From: Bacteroidales bacterium | GTDB taxonomy: Bacteria; Bacteroidota; Bacteroidia; Bacteroidales; B18-G4 | Length of the DNA: 64,000 nucleotides | Assembly: GCA_032250805.1 (NCBI GenBank) | Contig: JAVVEM010000004.1 | Coordinates: 41,809-105,808, forward strand | Direction: 5' to 3' | Part shown: piece by piece, positions 39,653 to 48,812 of the stretch | Position numbering within the stretch: position 1 is the first letter of the stretch | Layout of the letters: every line of letters starts with the position of its first letter | The notes under the pieces: generated by a model | The model's input: only the letters and a program-made list of their open reading frames with translations | What the model was told of the DNA's origin: nothing | Database searches by the model: none | Position numbers and translations under genes: made by a program

Positions 39653-40114
39653 ATGATTGCAGAAAAACATATCGCCAGGCTGGCAGAAGAAGGGCTCAGG
39701 GGTTCGGATAATTTTCTGGTGGAAGCCAGGGTAAGATCCGGAAACCGCATTATGGTCTTCATCGACAGCGACAGCGAGGTGAGTGTGGATGAATGTATTG
39801 CCCTCAGCAGGCATCTCGAAACGCATCTCGACAGGGATGAAGAAGACTTTGAACTCATGGTTTCATCTGCAGGATTGGATCATGCTTTCAGGCAGATGCG
39901 GCAATACAGGAAGTACCTGAACAGGGCAATTGAAATTCAATTGCATGAAGGAGGCCGGTTTACAGCAATCCTCAAAGCCATTGGTGAAAACGACATTACA
40001 ATAAAGAGGTTAATAAAAAAACACAAGAATAAAGCTGCTGATGAAGGCCCGGAGGAAAGGATCGCCCTCAGCGACATTAAAGAAACAAAACCGGCCGTGC
40101 AATTTGGCAAATAG
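39653..40114 (+). CDS. rimP: ribosome maturation factor RimP
   Basis: 153 aa, placed directly upstream of nusA. The N-terminal domain pattern (FLVEARVRSGNRIMVFIDSD) and the SSAGLD motif are present. Confidence 0.85.
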   Translation: MIAEKHIARLAEEGLRGSDNFLVEARVRSGNRIMVFIDSDSEVSVDECIALSRHLETHLDRDEEDFELMVSSAGLDHAFRQMRQYRKYLNRAIEIQLHEGGRFTAILKAIGENDITIKRLIKKHKNKAADEGPEERIALSDIKETKPAVQFGK

Positions 40115-40134
40115 CCGGAGAAAAATCAGAAAAA

Positions 40135-41370
40135 ATGGACAATATTAATTTGGTTGAAACCTTTGCGGAATTCAAGGAATTCAAAAACATCGACAGGGAG
40201 ATGTTGATGGTGATCATTGAAGATATTTTCCGTCATATGCTGGAAAGAAAATTCGGCACAGATGAAAACTTCGACATTATTGTAAACATTGATAAAGGTG
40301 ATCTTGAGATCTGGCGTAACCGTGAGATCGTTGAAGATGCCGAACTGGAAGATGAAAATCTTCAGATCGCACTTTCGGAGGCGATCAAGATCGAGCCCGA
40401 CTTCGAGGTTGGTGAGGAAGTATCGGAAGAGATGAAGCTTAAGGATTTCGGAAGAAGAGAGATCCTCACCATCAGGCAAAACCTGATCGCCAAGATCCAG
40501 GAGTACGAAAAAGACAATGTTTACCAGAAATATAAAGAAAAAATCGGAGAGATCATTACCGGTGAGGTTTATCAGGTATGGAAAAAAGAGATTCTCGTAC
40601 TTGATGATGAATATATTGAGCTAACACTCCCAAAATCGGAGCAGATACCATCCGACTTTTATCGTAAAGGCGACACCATCCGTGCCGTCGTTTCAAGGGT
40701 CGAAATGAGAAATTCCAATCCGGCAATCATCCTTTCCCGCACGTCGCCTGTATTTTTGGAGCGACTTTTTGAATCGGAAGTGCCGGAAGTTTATGACGGG
40801 CTCATCACCATTAAGAATATTGTAAGGGTACCCGGCGAAAGGGCTAAGATCTCTGTTGAATCATACGACGATCGCATCGACCCCGTTGGTGCATGCGTTG
40901 GGATGAAGGGTTCGCGAATACATGGTATCGTGAGGGAATTGAAGAATGAGAATATTGACGTGATCAATTACACAACCAATCCCACACTCTACATCAGCAG
41001 GGCACTGAGCCCGGCCAAAATATCGTCCATTAAGATTGATGACGAAAATGCACGCGCCGAAGTATACATGAAGCCCGACCAGGTATCATTGGCCATCGGA
41101 AAGGGTGGCTATAACATCCGTTTGGCAGGCAAACTCACAGGTTACGAAATTGATGTTTACCGCGATACAGATACAGAAAGTGAGGATGTTGACCTGAACG
41201 AATTCTCCGACGAGATTGATGAATGGATCATTGAAGAACTGAAAAGTATCGGATGTGATACGGCAAAAAGCGTCCTGGAGCTTGAACCACAGGAACTTGT
41301 AAAAAGAACTGACCTGGAAGAAGAAACCATAAATGAAGTAATCAGGATACTTAGGGCCGAGTTTGAATAA
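40135..41370 (+). CDS. nusA: transcription termination/antitermination factor NusA
   Basis: S1 domain (GEIITGEVY) and KH domains (DPVGACVGMKGSRI, LAIGKGGYNIRLA). Confidence 0.92.
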   Translation: MDNINLVETFAEFKEFKNIDREMLMVIIEDIFRHMLERKFGTDENFDIIVNIDKGDLEIWRNREIVEDAELEDENLQIALSEAIKIEPDFEVGEEVSEEMKLKDFGRREILTIRQNLIAKIQEYEKDNVYQKYKEKIGEIITGEVYQVWKKEILVLDDEYIELTLPKSEQIPSDFYRKGDTIRAVVSRVEMRNSNPAIILSRTSPVFLERLFESEVPEVYDGLITIKNIVRVPGERAKISVESYDDRIDPVGACVGMKGSRIHGIVRELKNENIDVINYTTNPTLYISRALSPAKISSIKIDDENARAEVYMKPDQVSLAIGKGGYNIRLAGKLTGYEIDVYRDTDTESEDVDLNEFSDEIDEWIIEELKSIGCDTAKSVLELEPQELVKRTDLEEETINEVIRILRAEFE

Positions 41371-41427
41371 AAATATTAAATTTATCGCGGCCTTAAAGTA
41401 AAAAAAGACACAAATTGAAGCCATAAT

Positions 41428-44388
41428 ATGACGGAAACCAGTAAAGCAACAAGATTGAGTAAAGCGGCCAGGGAATTCAACGTGGGTATACATACCATTG
41501 TTGACTACCTTGGTAAAAAAGGTATTGAGGTCGAGGAAAAACCAACCACAAAACTCAGTCCTGAAGCTTATGAATTGCTATTGCAGGAATTCCAAAATGA
41601 AAAAGCAGTTAAGGAAGAATCCAAGAAAAAAGAACTCGACACCAGTCAGCACACTTCCATCAGCATTGATGATATTGAAAAGCCATCGAAGACCGATGAC
41701 TTTGATTCTGAGCCCGATATTATTATAAAAAGGACTTCTGTTGCAGAAATAGAGCCAAAAGAGCCTGCCCCAAAGGCAAAGAAAGAAGAACCCGAAGAAA
41801 AGAAGGCGGAAGAAGCAAAGAAGAAAGAAGAAGCAAAGAAGAAAGAAGAAGCAAAGAAGAAGGAAGCAGCCGCAAAGGAAGAGATAAAGGAAGAAAAAAC
41901 AGAGACTAAAGGTGAACCGTCAGAAGAAGTTAAGGAAAAAGAAGAGGAAGTAAAGAAAGACGATAGTTCTGCAATCAGGGTATATGATAAGATCGATCTG
42001 GATGCGATAAATCAGAAAATGCGTCCGGCAAAGAAATCAAAAGAAGAAAAGGCGAAAGAAGCGGAAGCGAGAAAAACGAAAGACACTCCCGGCAAAGAAG
42101 TCAAGGCCGGGGAGAAAAAACCTGAGGAGCCCGAAAAGCTTGCCGAAAAATCTCCTGCCGAAGAGGTCGAAAAAGAGGCTAAACCTTCCGAAGAGGCAAC
42201 ACAGAAAGAAGAGCAAAAAGAAGAGGCTCCCAAACCTGACAACAACTTCCTTAAAACGAAGGTTGACAAACTTAGCGGGCCAAAGATCCTTGATAAGATC
42301 GACCTGAAGGAGTTTGAAAGGAAACCAGTAGCTTCTTCCAAGGACGAAAAAGTTTCACAAAAAAAGAAAAGGAGACGTATCTCCACACCTAAGCATGTTT
42401 CTGATCCCGGAAAGAGAAAACCCGAGGATAAGACCAAAGGCCGCGGACGGAAGAAAAAAGATGCGTTTAAGCCTGAGCCCAGTGAAGAAGAAATCCAGAA
42501 ACAGATCAAAGAAACACTTGCCAGGTTAGCCCCAACAGGTAAGTCGAAAGGTGCCAAACACCGCAAGCTAAAACGTGCGGCAGCCAGTCAGCAATTTGAA
42601 GAAAACCAGCGTAAGGCAGCCGAAAAAACCCAGGTGCTGAAGCTTACGGAATTTGTAACTGTTAATGAACTGGCAAGCATGATGAATGTCAATGCAACGA
42701 AAGTGATCTCTGCATGCATGACGCTTGGATTGTTTGTCTCCATTAATCAGCGCCTCGACGCTGAAACGCTGAACCTCGTAGCCGAGGAATTTGGTTACGA
42801 TGTTGAATTTGTTAGCGTTGAAGTACAAGAAGCCATTAAGGGCACTGAAACTGTGGAAGACGACGACAGCAAACTTCAGCCAAGGTCGCCCATTGTTACC
42901 GTTATGGGCCATGTTGATCATGGAAAAACCAAGCTGCTTGATTACATCCGTAAAGCAAATGTTGTTGCCGGAGAAGCAGGTGGAATTACCCAGCATATTG
43001 GTGCATATGAAGTCATCCTCGACGACGGTAAAGGGATCACTTTTCTCGACACTCCCGGCCATGAGGCATTTACCGCCATGCGTGCGAGAGGAGCCAAGGT
43101 TACCGATGTGGCCATTATCATTATTGCCGCCGATGACGATGTGATGCCGCAAACAAAGGAAGCAATCAATCATGCACAGGCAGCAGGCGTTCCCATTGTT
43201 TTTGCCATCAACAAAATTGATAAACCCAACGCCAATACTGAAAAAATAAAGCAGCAGTTATCAGAAATGAATATCCTCGTTGAGGATTGGGGGGGCAAAT
43301 ACCAGAGCCAGGAGATTTCTGCCAAAGAAGGCGTGAATGTCAGCGAGTTGCTCGAAAAGGTACTCCTTGAGGCCGAAATGCTCGACCTTAAAGCCAACCC
43401 TGACAGGCATGCGGTTGGTACCGTCATTGAGTCGACCCTTGATAAAGGAAGGGGTTTTGTAACAAATGTGCTGGTACAGGCAGGAACATTACATATTGGC
43501 GACATGGTACTTTCAGGTTCACATTACGGGAAAGTCAAAGCCATGTACAATGAACGTAACCAGCTTGTTCACGAGGCCGGTCCTTCAGCTCCGGTGCTTA
43601 TGCTCGGATTGAACGGAGCACCTCAGGCCGGTGACAGCTTCAATGTGATGCAGGACGAAAGAGAAGTAAAGAATATCGCCAACAAACGCGAACAATTGCA
43701 GCGTGAACAAGGGCTCAGAACGCAGAAACACATCACATTGGATGAAATCGGACGACGAATTGCGATCGGAGATTTCAAAGAACTGAACGTGATCGTTAAG
43801 GGTGATGTAGACGGTTCTGTCGAAGCACTTTCTGATTCGTTGCTTAAACTATCGACCGAAGAAGTGCAGGTGAACGTGATCCTGAAAGGTGTTGGTGCAG
43901 TGACTGAAACCGATGTCATGCTGGCCTCGGCATCAAATGCCATTATCGTTGGATTCCAGGTCAGGCCACAACCAAGTGCCCGAAAACTTGCCGAACAGGA
44001 ACAAATCGACATACGCCTGTATAGTATTATTTACCAGGCAATTGAAGAGATAAAGGCTGCCATAGAAGGCATGCTCTCGCCCGATATTGAAGAAAAAATA
44101 ACATGTAATGTTGAGGTAAGGGAAGTATTCAAGATCACAAAAGTGGGTACTGTTGCAGGCTGCATGGTGCTTGATGGCAAGATCACCCGGAAAACTTCTG
44201 TCCGCCTGATCAGGGATGGTATTGTTGTTTACACCGGCATGCTCGGATCACTCAAACGTTTCAAAGACGACGTAAAAGAAGTGTCGGCAGGTTACGAATG
44301 CGGCCTTAATATTGAAAACTTCAACGACATTAAAGTTGGCGATATCATTGAGGGCTATGAAGAGGTGGAAGTTAAGCGTAAGCTTTAG
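41428..44388 (+). CDS. infB: translation initiation factor IF-2
   Basis: 986 aa. A Lys/Glu-rich N-terminal region is followed by the G domain ([26 protein letters not shown]). Confidence 0.93.
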   Translation: MTETSKATRLSKAAREFNVGIHTIVDYLGKKGIEVEEKPTTKLSPEAYELLLQEFQNEKAVKEESKKKELDTSQHTSISIDDIEKPSKTDDFDSEPDIIIKRTSVAEIEPKEPAPKAKKEEPEEKKAEEAKKKEEAKKKEEAKKKEAAAKEEIKEEKTETKGEPSEEVKEKEEEVKKDDSSAIRVYDKIDLDAINQKMRPAKKSKEEKAKEAEARKTKDTPGKEVKAGEKKPEEPEKLAEKSPAEEVEKEAKPSEEATQKEEQKEEAPKPDNNFLKTKVDKLSGPKILDKIDLKEFERKPVASSKDEKVSQKKKRRRISTPKHVSDPGKRKPEDKTKGRGRKKKDAFKPEPSEEEIQKQIKETLARLAPTGKSKGAKHRKLKRAAASQQFEENQRKAAEKTQVLKLTEFVTVNELASMMNVNATKVISACMTLGLFVSINQRLDAETLNLVAEEFGYDVEFVSVEVQEAIKGTETVEDDDSKLQPRSPIVTVMGHVDHGKTKLLDYIRKANVVAGEAGGITQHIGAYEVILDDGKGITFLDTPGHEAFTAMRARGAKVTDVAIIIIAADDDVMPQTKEAINHAQAAGVPIVFAINKIDKPNANTEKIKQQLSEMNILVEDWGGKYQSQEISAKEGVNVSELLEKVLLEAEMLDLKANPDRHAVGTVIESTLDKGRGFVTNVLVQAGTLHIGDMVLSGSHYGKVKAMYNERNQLVHEAGPSAPVLMLGLNGAPQAGDSFNVMQDEREVKNIANKREQLQREQGLRTQKHITLDEIGRRIAIGDFKELNVIVKGDVDGSVEALSDSLLKLSTEEVQVNVILKGVGAVTETDVMLASASNAIIVGFQVRPQPSARKLAEQEQIDIRLYSIIYQAIEEIKAAIEGMLSPDIEEKITCNVEVREVFKITKVGTVAGCMVLDGKITRKTSVRLIRDGIVVYTGMLGSLKRFKDDVKEVSAGYECGLNIENFNDIKVGDIIEGYEEVEVKRKL
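41809..41862 (+). repeat. three in-frame tandem copies of an 18-bp unit inside infB
   Basis: GAAGAAGCAAAGAAGAAA occurs at 41809..41826 and 41827..41844. A third copy at 41845..41862 has one substitution. Each unit encodes EEAKKK. Confidence 0.9.
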
Positions 44389-44496
44389 CAGCGCTTCACG
44401 GCTGCGGGCAGTACTTCATATTTTTTCTTAAAAAGACAGTAAATTTCGGGGGAGGATCCATTCTTTTCAATAAACAATCCTCGTTAGCAATCTGTT

Positions 44497-45789
44497 TTAT
44501 CCCCTGAAAAGGGTTTGCATGCGATCGGGTCCAATTGAAACAATCTCGACAGGCACAGCAGTTTTCTTTTCAATAAATCCTATATAATCAAGTAATTCCG
44601 TGGGGGCATCTTCCATGCTTTTCAGGCCTTCGATATTAATATTCCAGCCTTTCATCCTTGTCAAAACGGGTTCAATCTCCTGCAGTGTCATATCATAAGG
44701 CACCTGGGGGCTTTCCTTACCATCGACTTTGTATGCCGTACAGATGCTCAGTTCATCGAAGGGACCGAGCACATCTGTTTTCATCATAAAAAGCTTGGTT
44801 ACTCCACTGAGCATAATGGCATAATTCAGGGCAACCAGGTCGAGCCAGCCACAGCGACGCGGTCTGCCTGTTGTCGAACCAAATTCATTTCCGGCTTCAC
44901 GCATAAGCTTGCCGTTGTCATCGAGCAGTTCGGAAGGAAAAGGCCCGCTGCCAACACGGGTGCAATAGGCTTTAAACACACCAAACACCTCTCCTATAGT
45001 ATGTGGAGCCACTCCCAATCCGGCACAAACTCCGGCGCAGATTGTATTTGAAGAAGTTACATAAGGATAAGTGCCAAAATCAATATCGAGCATGCTTCCC
45101 TGGGCGCCTTCGGCCAATACCCGCTGACCATCGGCTAGTGCACGATTGATCACATATTCACTATTGACCATTTTTAGTTTAGTAAATACTTTGAGCGCCT
45201 CAAACCACGCTTCCTCATAGTCTGAAAACGAAAGCCCGTCAAATTCAAAGTCGCTGTGATTAAAGCCATAAGCACTGATAATGCGCATATGCTGCCCGCG
45301 CAAGTGGTCGTAGCGGGCCCTGAAGCCACTGCCGGCCACATCACCGCTACGGATGCCCAGCCGGGCTACCTTGTCAGTATATGCCGGACCTATGCCCTTC
45401 AGTGTAGAGCCAATCTTCAGGTCTCCTTTTGAGCGCTCGTAAACAGCATCCAATAATCGGTGCGAGGGGGTGATCAGGTGTGACTTGCGCGAAATAAGCA
45501 AGCGCTCCGATACGGGAATACCATGATCTTCAAGCATCCTGATCTCATTTTGAATGATAAACGGGTCGATGATAACACCATTGCCGACAATGTTTTTTGC
45601 TTTTTCAGAAAATATCCCCGAAGGAATGGTGTGCAGAATAAACTTTTTCCCTTCAATGATTATGGTATGGCCGGCATTGGGTCCTCCCTGAAACCGCGCA
45701 ATAATATCATAAGCGGGGGTTAAAACATCCACAATTTTTCCCTTACCTTCGTCTCCCCACTGGAGGCCAAGCAAAACATCAATTTTCAT
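44497..45789 (-). CDS. purA: adenylosuccinate synthase
   Basis: Motifs GLQWGDEGKGKIVD, GPNAGHT, GTTGRPRRCGW and IGPDR. Confidence 0.93.
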   Translation of the reverse strand: MKIDVLLGLQWGDEGKGKIVDVLTPAYDIIARFQGGPNAGHTIIIEGKKFILHTIPSGIFSEKAKNIVGNGVIIDPFIIQNEIRMLEDHGIPVSERLLISRKSHLITPSHRLLDAVYERSKGDLKIGSTLKGIGPAYTDKVARLGIRSGDVAGSGFRARYDHLRGQHMRIISAYGFNHSDFEFDGLSFSDYEEAWFEALKVFTKLKMVNSEYVINRALADGQRVLAEGAQGSMLDIDFGTYPYVTSSNTICAGVCAGLGVAPHTIGEVFGVFKAYCTRVGSGPFPSELLDDNGKLMREAGNEFGSTTGRPRRCGWLDLVALNYAIMLSGVTKLFMMKTDVLGPFDELSICTAYKVDGKESPQVPYDMTLQEIEPVLTRMKGWNINIEGLKSMEDAPTELLDYIGFIEKKTAVPVEIVSIGPDRMQTLFRG

Positions 45790-45890
45790 CTGATCTAAGT
45801 TTAATTAATAATGGCAGATGGTTTGTCCATTGTTAGTATCCACGATAAAATTAAGCATTCCCCGCGGATAATTCCATAAAAAACGGGTAT

Positions 45891-46334
45891 TTATTGTTTG
45901 ACGCGTCCGTAAAAAGTGAGCGAATGATGGGTAACCTCTACCCCGAGGGTTTTTTCAACATACTCTTTTATATCCTCAATCCGCGGATCAGAAAACTCAA
46001 TCACCTTACCATCATTGACGCTGATAAAGTGATCGTGCTTTTTAAACTTATATGACCGCTCAAACTGGGCGCAATTATTTCCAAACTGGTGCTTGGTGAC
46101 AAGGTTGCAATCAAGCAGTAATTCTATAGTATTATATAATGTAGCCCTGCTTACACGATACTTATTGTTTTTCATGCGAATGTACAGGGTCTCAATATCG
46201 AAGTGGCCCTCAGTAGCATAGATCTCCTTCAGGATAGTATATCTTTCAGGTGTTTTCCTGTGCCCGCGCTGTTCAAGATAATCGGTGAATATCTTCTTAA
46301 CTTGCTCCAACATATCCTTATTCGTGTCTTTCAT
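45891..46334 (-). CDS. fur: Fur-family transcriptional repressor
   Basis: 147 aa. A winged-helix N-terminal domain ([13 protein letters not shown]...[12 protein letters not shown]) is followed by a His-rich dimerisation domain (KKHDHFIS..., THHSLTFYG). Confidence 0.8.
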   Translation of the reverse strand: MKDTNKDMLEQVKKIFTDYLEQRGHRKTPERYTILKEIYATEGHFDIETLYIRMKNNKYRVSRATLYNTIELLLDCNLVTKHQFGNNCAQFERSYKFKKHDHFISVNDGKVIEFSDPRIEDIKEYVEKTLGVEVTHHSLTFYGRVKQ

Positions 46335-46356
46335 CGAATCAGATTTTAACGAGCTT

Positions 46357-46364
46357 CAAATTTA
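46357..46364 (-). promoter_or_regulatory. -7 box candidate for fur
   Basis: The minus strand reads TAAATTTG, 22 nt before ATG 46334. Confidence 0.45.
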
Positions 46365-46465
46365 GAAAAAATATCTATTATAATTTGGTATAAATAAAAA
46401 TAAATTTTTCAACAGGCACAAAACACTGCTTTCAGGAGGGTATCGTTGAATAATGTCAGGCGAAA

Positions 46466-48697
46466 TCAGGCTTTAATACGGTCAATCCGGCTTACTTTTT
46501 GTATTTCAGGGATCTTTTTCAAATTATCAATAAGCTGGTTCAGGATTTCCGTGTTCTCAATATAGAGCATGATAACGGCATCGGTGAGACCATTATGGGT
46601 GTCGAGATTAAAGGAGCGTATACCGAGGTCGTGTTTATCAGAAATAATTTCAGCGATCTGTTTTACCATACCTTTTTTATCCATACCCTGGATCTTAATT
46701 CCGGAGAGGAATCCGATTGATTCATCGGTTTTCCATTTGGCCTTAATGATCCTGTTGCCATGGCTCGACATGGACTGTATTGCCACCGGGCAGTTGGTAC
46801 GATGTATCAGTATCTTTCCTCTTCTGTTCATAAAACCAACTACATCATCGCCCGGTATAGGATTACAACATTTTGAGATAACATAGCGTATATCTTCTAT
46901 GTCGTCGCTCAACACGAGAGTCTCAGGCTTTTTCTTTAATTGCTGAATAATATCGGGGCTCACTGAGCTCTTGGTTTTAGACCGGCTGAATGGTTTACTA
47001 ATGAATCTGAGCCAGTTTCCTTTATCCGATAATTGTGCAAATGCCTTGACATCTTTCGGACCCCGGTCACCCTGTATAAAGTCGTAGTACATCTTATTCT
47101 GGGAAGTATATCCGAGGTACTCCATTATCCGTTGTACGATTCCTTCTGAAAAGGTGATCTTCTGCTGGCCGAGCAAATTCCTGAGCATCTCTTTCCCTTC
47201 CTCGGAATACTGCTTGTATCTTTCCTTAAGCGCAGCATTGATCCGGTGTTTTGCGCGTGCGGTTATCACAAATTTGAGCCAGTTTTCTTTGGGTACCTGC
47301 TTTTGTGAAACGATCACCTCCACCTGATCGCCACTTACAAGGACATGATTCAGGGGTACGAGGTTATGATTTACTTTGGCACCGATGGACTTGTTGCCTA
47401 CCTGTGAGTGGATGTTATATGCAAAATCCAGTACGGTAGATTTGGCTGGAAGATTTTTTAACTCCCCTTTGGGGGTATATACATATATCTCGTCGGAGAA
47501 TAGATTCAGTTTAAAATCGTCAACAAAATCGAGTGCCGAAGCATCGTGGCTCTGAAGCATTTCCCTGATCCTGTTCAACCATTCGTCGAGGCCGGTTTCC
47601 CTGTCATTGCCTTCCTTGTATTTCCAGTGTGCAGCATACCCTTTTTCAGCAATTTCGTGCATGCGTTCGGTTCTGATCTGCACTTCCACCCATTTCCCAC
47701 TGTGGCTCATCACCGTAGTATGCAAGGCCTCATAACCATTTACCTTTGGTAATGATATCCAGTCGCGAAGCCTCTGCTGATTGGGCTTATAGTAATCTGT
47801 GATCACGGAATAAACCCGCCAGCATTGTTCTTTTTCCTTATCCAGGGGTGTATCAATAATTACACGTATAGCAAAAAGATCGAAGATATCCTCAAAGGGG
47901 ATCTCTTTGCTTCTCATCTTTTCCCAGATGGAATATACCGATTTTTCACGGTCGTGGATATTGAATTTCATTCCCTTTCCGGCAAGATCTTTTTTAATGG
48001 GATAGATGAACTTGCTGATAAATCGTTTTCGTTCGGGTCTTGATTCTTTCAGTTTCCTTAGAATAGTATTATAAATTTCCGGTTCGAGAAACTTGAGCGA
48101 CAGATCTTCCAGTTCACTTTTAATGGTATGCAGTCCGAGTCTGTGTGCCAGGGGTGCAAAAAGATACAGGGTTTCCGAAGCAATCTTCAGTTGTTTATCG
48201 CGGGGCATGGCATCAAGCGTGCGCATATTATGCAGACGGTCGGCAAGTTTGATCAGGATCACCCTTACATCGACTGAAAGTGTCATGAGCATCTTACGGA
48301 AGTTCTCGGCCTGGGCTGATGATGAAGGATGTTCAAAGATCTCTTCGATCTTTGTCAGGCCATCGATGATGCGGGTAACGGTATCACCAAAACTTACCCG
48401 AATATCTTCGAGAGAGTATTCGGTATCTTCCACCACATCATGCAATAAGGCACAGATCACTGATGTTGTTCCAAGCCCCAGTTCGCCGGCTGCGATCCTG
48501 GCCACTTCCAGAGGGTGATATATATATGGCTCGCCCGATTTGCGGCGCATGTCGCGGTGGGCATCAACAGCGAGGTTAAATGCTTTTCTGACAAGTTTTT
48601 TGTTGACAGGCTTTTCCCTCTTTGCCCATACCCTGAGAAGGTTACGGTAAGAATTGAGGATTTGTATTTTTTCTATGTCGGGGTCGGGATTATACAT
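46466..48697 (-). CDS. spoT: bifunctional RelA/SpoT-homologue (p)ppGpp synthetase/hydrolase
   Basis: HD hydrolase domain (HPLEVA...LLHDVVEDT), synthetase domain (GYEALHTTV), and TGS and ACT-like C-terminal domains. 743 aa. Confidence 0.9.
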   Translation of the reverse strand: MYNPDPDIEKIQILNSYRNLLRVWAKREKPVNKKLVRKAFNLAVDAHRDMRRKSGEPYIYHPLEVARIAAGELGLGTTSVICALLHDVVEDTEYSLEDIRVSFGDTVTRIIDGLTKIEEIFEHPSSSAQAENFRKMLMTLSVDVRVILIKLADRLHNMRTLDAMPRDKQLKIASETLYLFAPLAHRLGLHTIKSELEDLSLKFLEPEIYNTILRKLKESRPERKRFISKFIYPIKKDLAGKGMKFNIHDREKSVYSIWEKMRSKEIPFEDIFDLFAIRVIIDTPLDKEKEQCWRVYSVITDYYKPNQQRLRDWISLPKVNGYEALHTTVMSHSGKWVEVQIRTERMHEIAEKGYAAHWKYKEGNDRETGLDEWLNRIREMLQSHDASALDFVDDFKLNLFSDEIYVYTPKGELKNLPAKSTVLDFAYNIHSQVGNKSIGAKVNHNLVPLNHVLVSGDQVEVIVSQKQVPKENWLKFVITARAKHRINAALKERYKQYSEEGKEMLRNLLGQQKITFSEGIVQRIMEYLGYTSQNKMYYDFIQGDRGPKDVKAFAQLSDKGNWLRFISKPFSRSKTKSSVSPDIIQQLKKKPETLVLSDDIEDIRYVISKCCNPIPGDDVVGFMNRRGKILIHRTNCPVAIQSMSSHGNRIIKAKWKTDESIGFLSGIKIQGMDKKGMVKQIAEIISDKHDLGIRSFNLDTHNGLTDAVIMLYIENTEILNQLIDNLKKIPEIQKVSRIDRIKA

Positions 48698-48716
48698 GCT
48701 TTATCAGAAGCCGGAA

Positions 48717-48724
48717 CAAAGTTA
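48717..48724 (-). promoter_or_regulatory. -7 box candidate for spoT/relA
   Basis: The minus strand reads TAACTTTG, 19 nt before ATG 48697. Confidence 0.5.
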
Positions 48725-48779
48725 CATCAAATCTGCGATTCTTTATCTCCCAGAAACCAATTAATATCGGGATTATTAT

Positions 48780-48787
48780 TAATTTTG
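48780..48787 (+). promoter_or_regulatory. -7 box candidate for the T9SS type B protein gene
   Basis: TAATTTTG, 25 nt before ATG 48813. Confidence 0.45.
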
Positions 48788-48812
48788 AATTGGCCTGAAC
48801 AAAGATATTTTG

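Noticed and set aside
42012-42566. 184-aa ORF antisense to the infB N-terminal region.
   Set aside because: It is the low-complexity mirror (Ser/Phe/Leu) of the Lys/Glu-rich IF-2 linker, with no promoter or independent signal.
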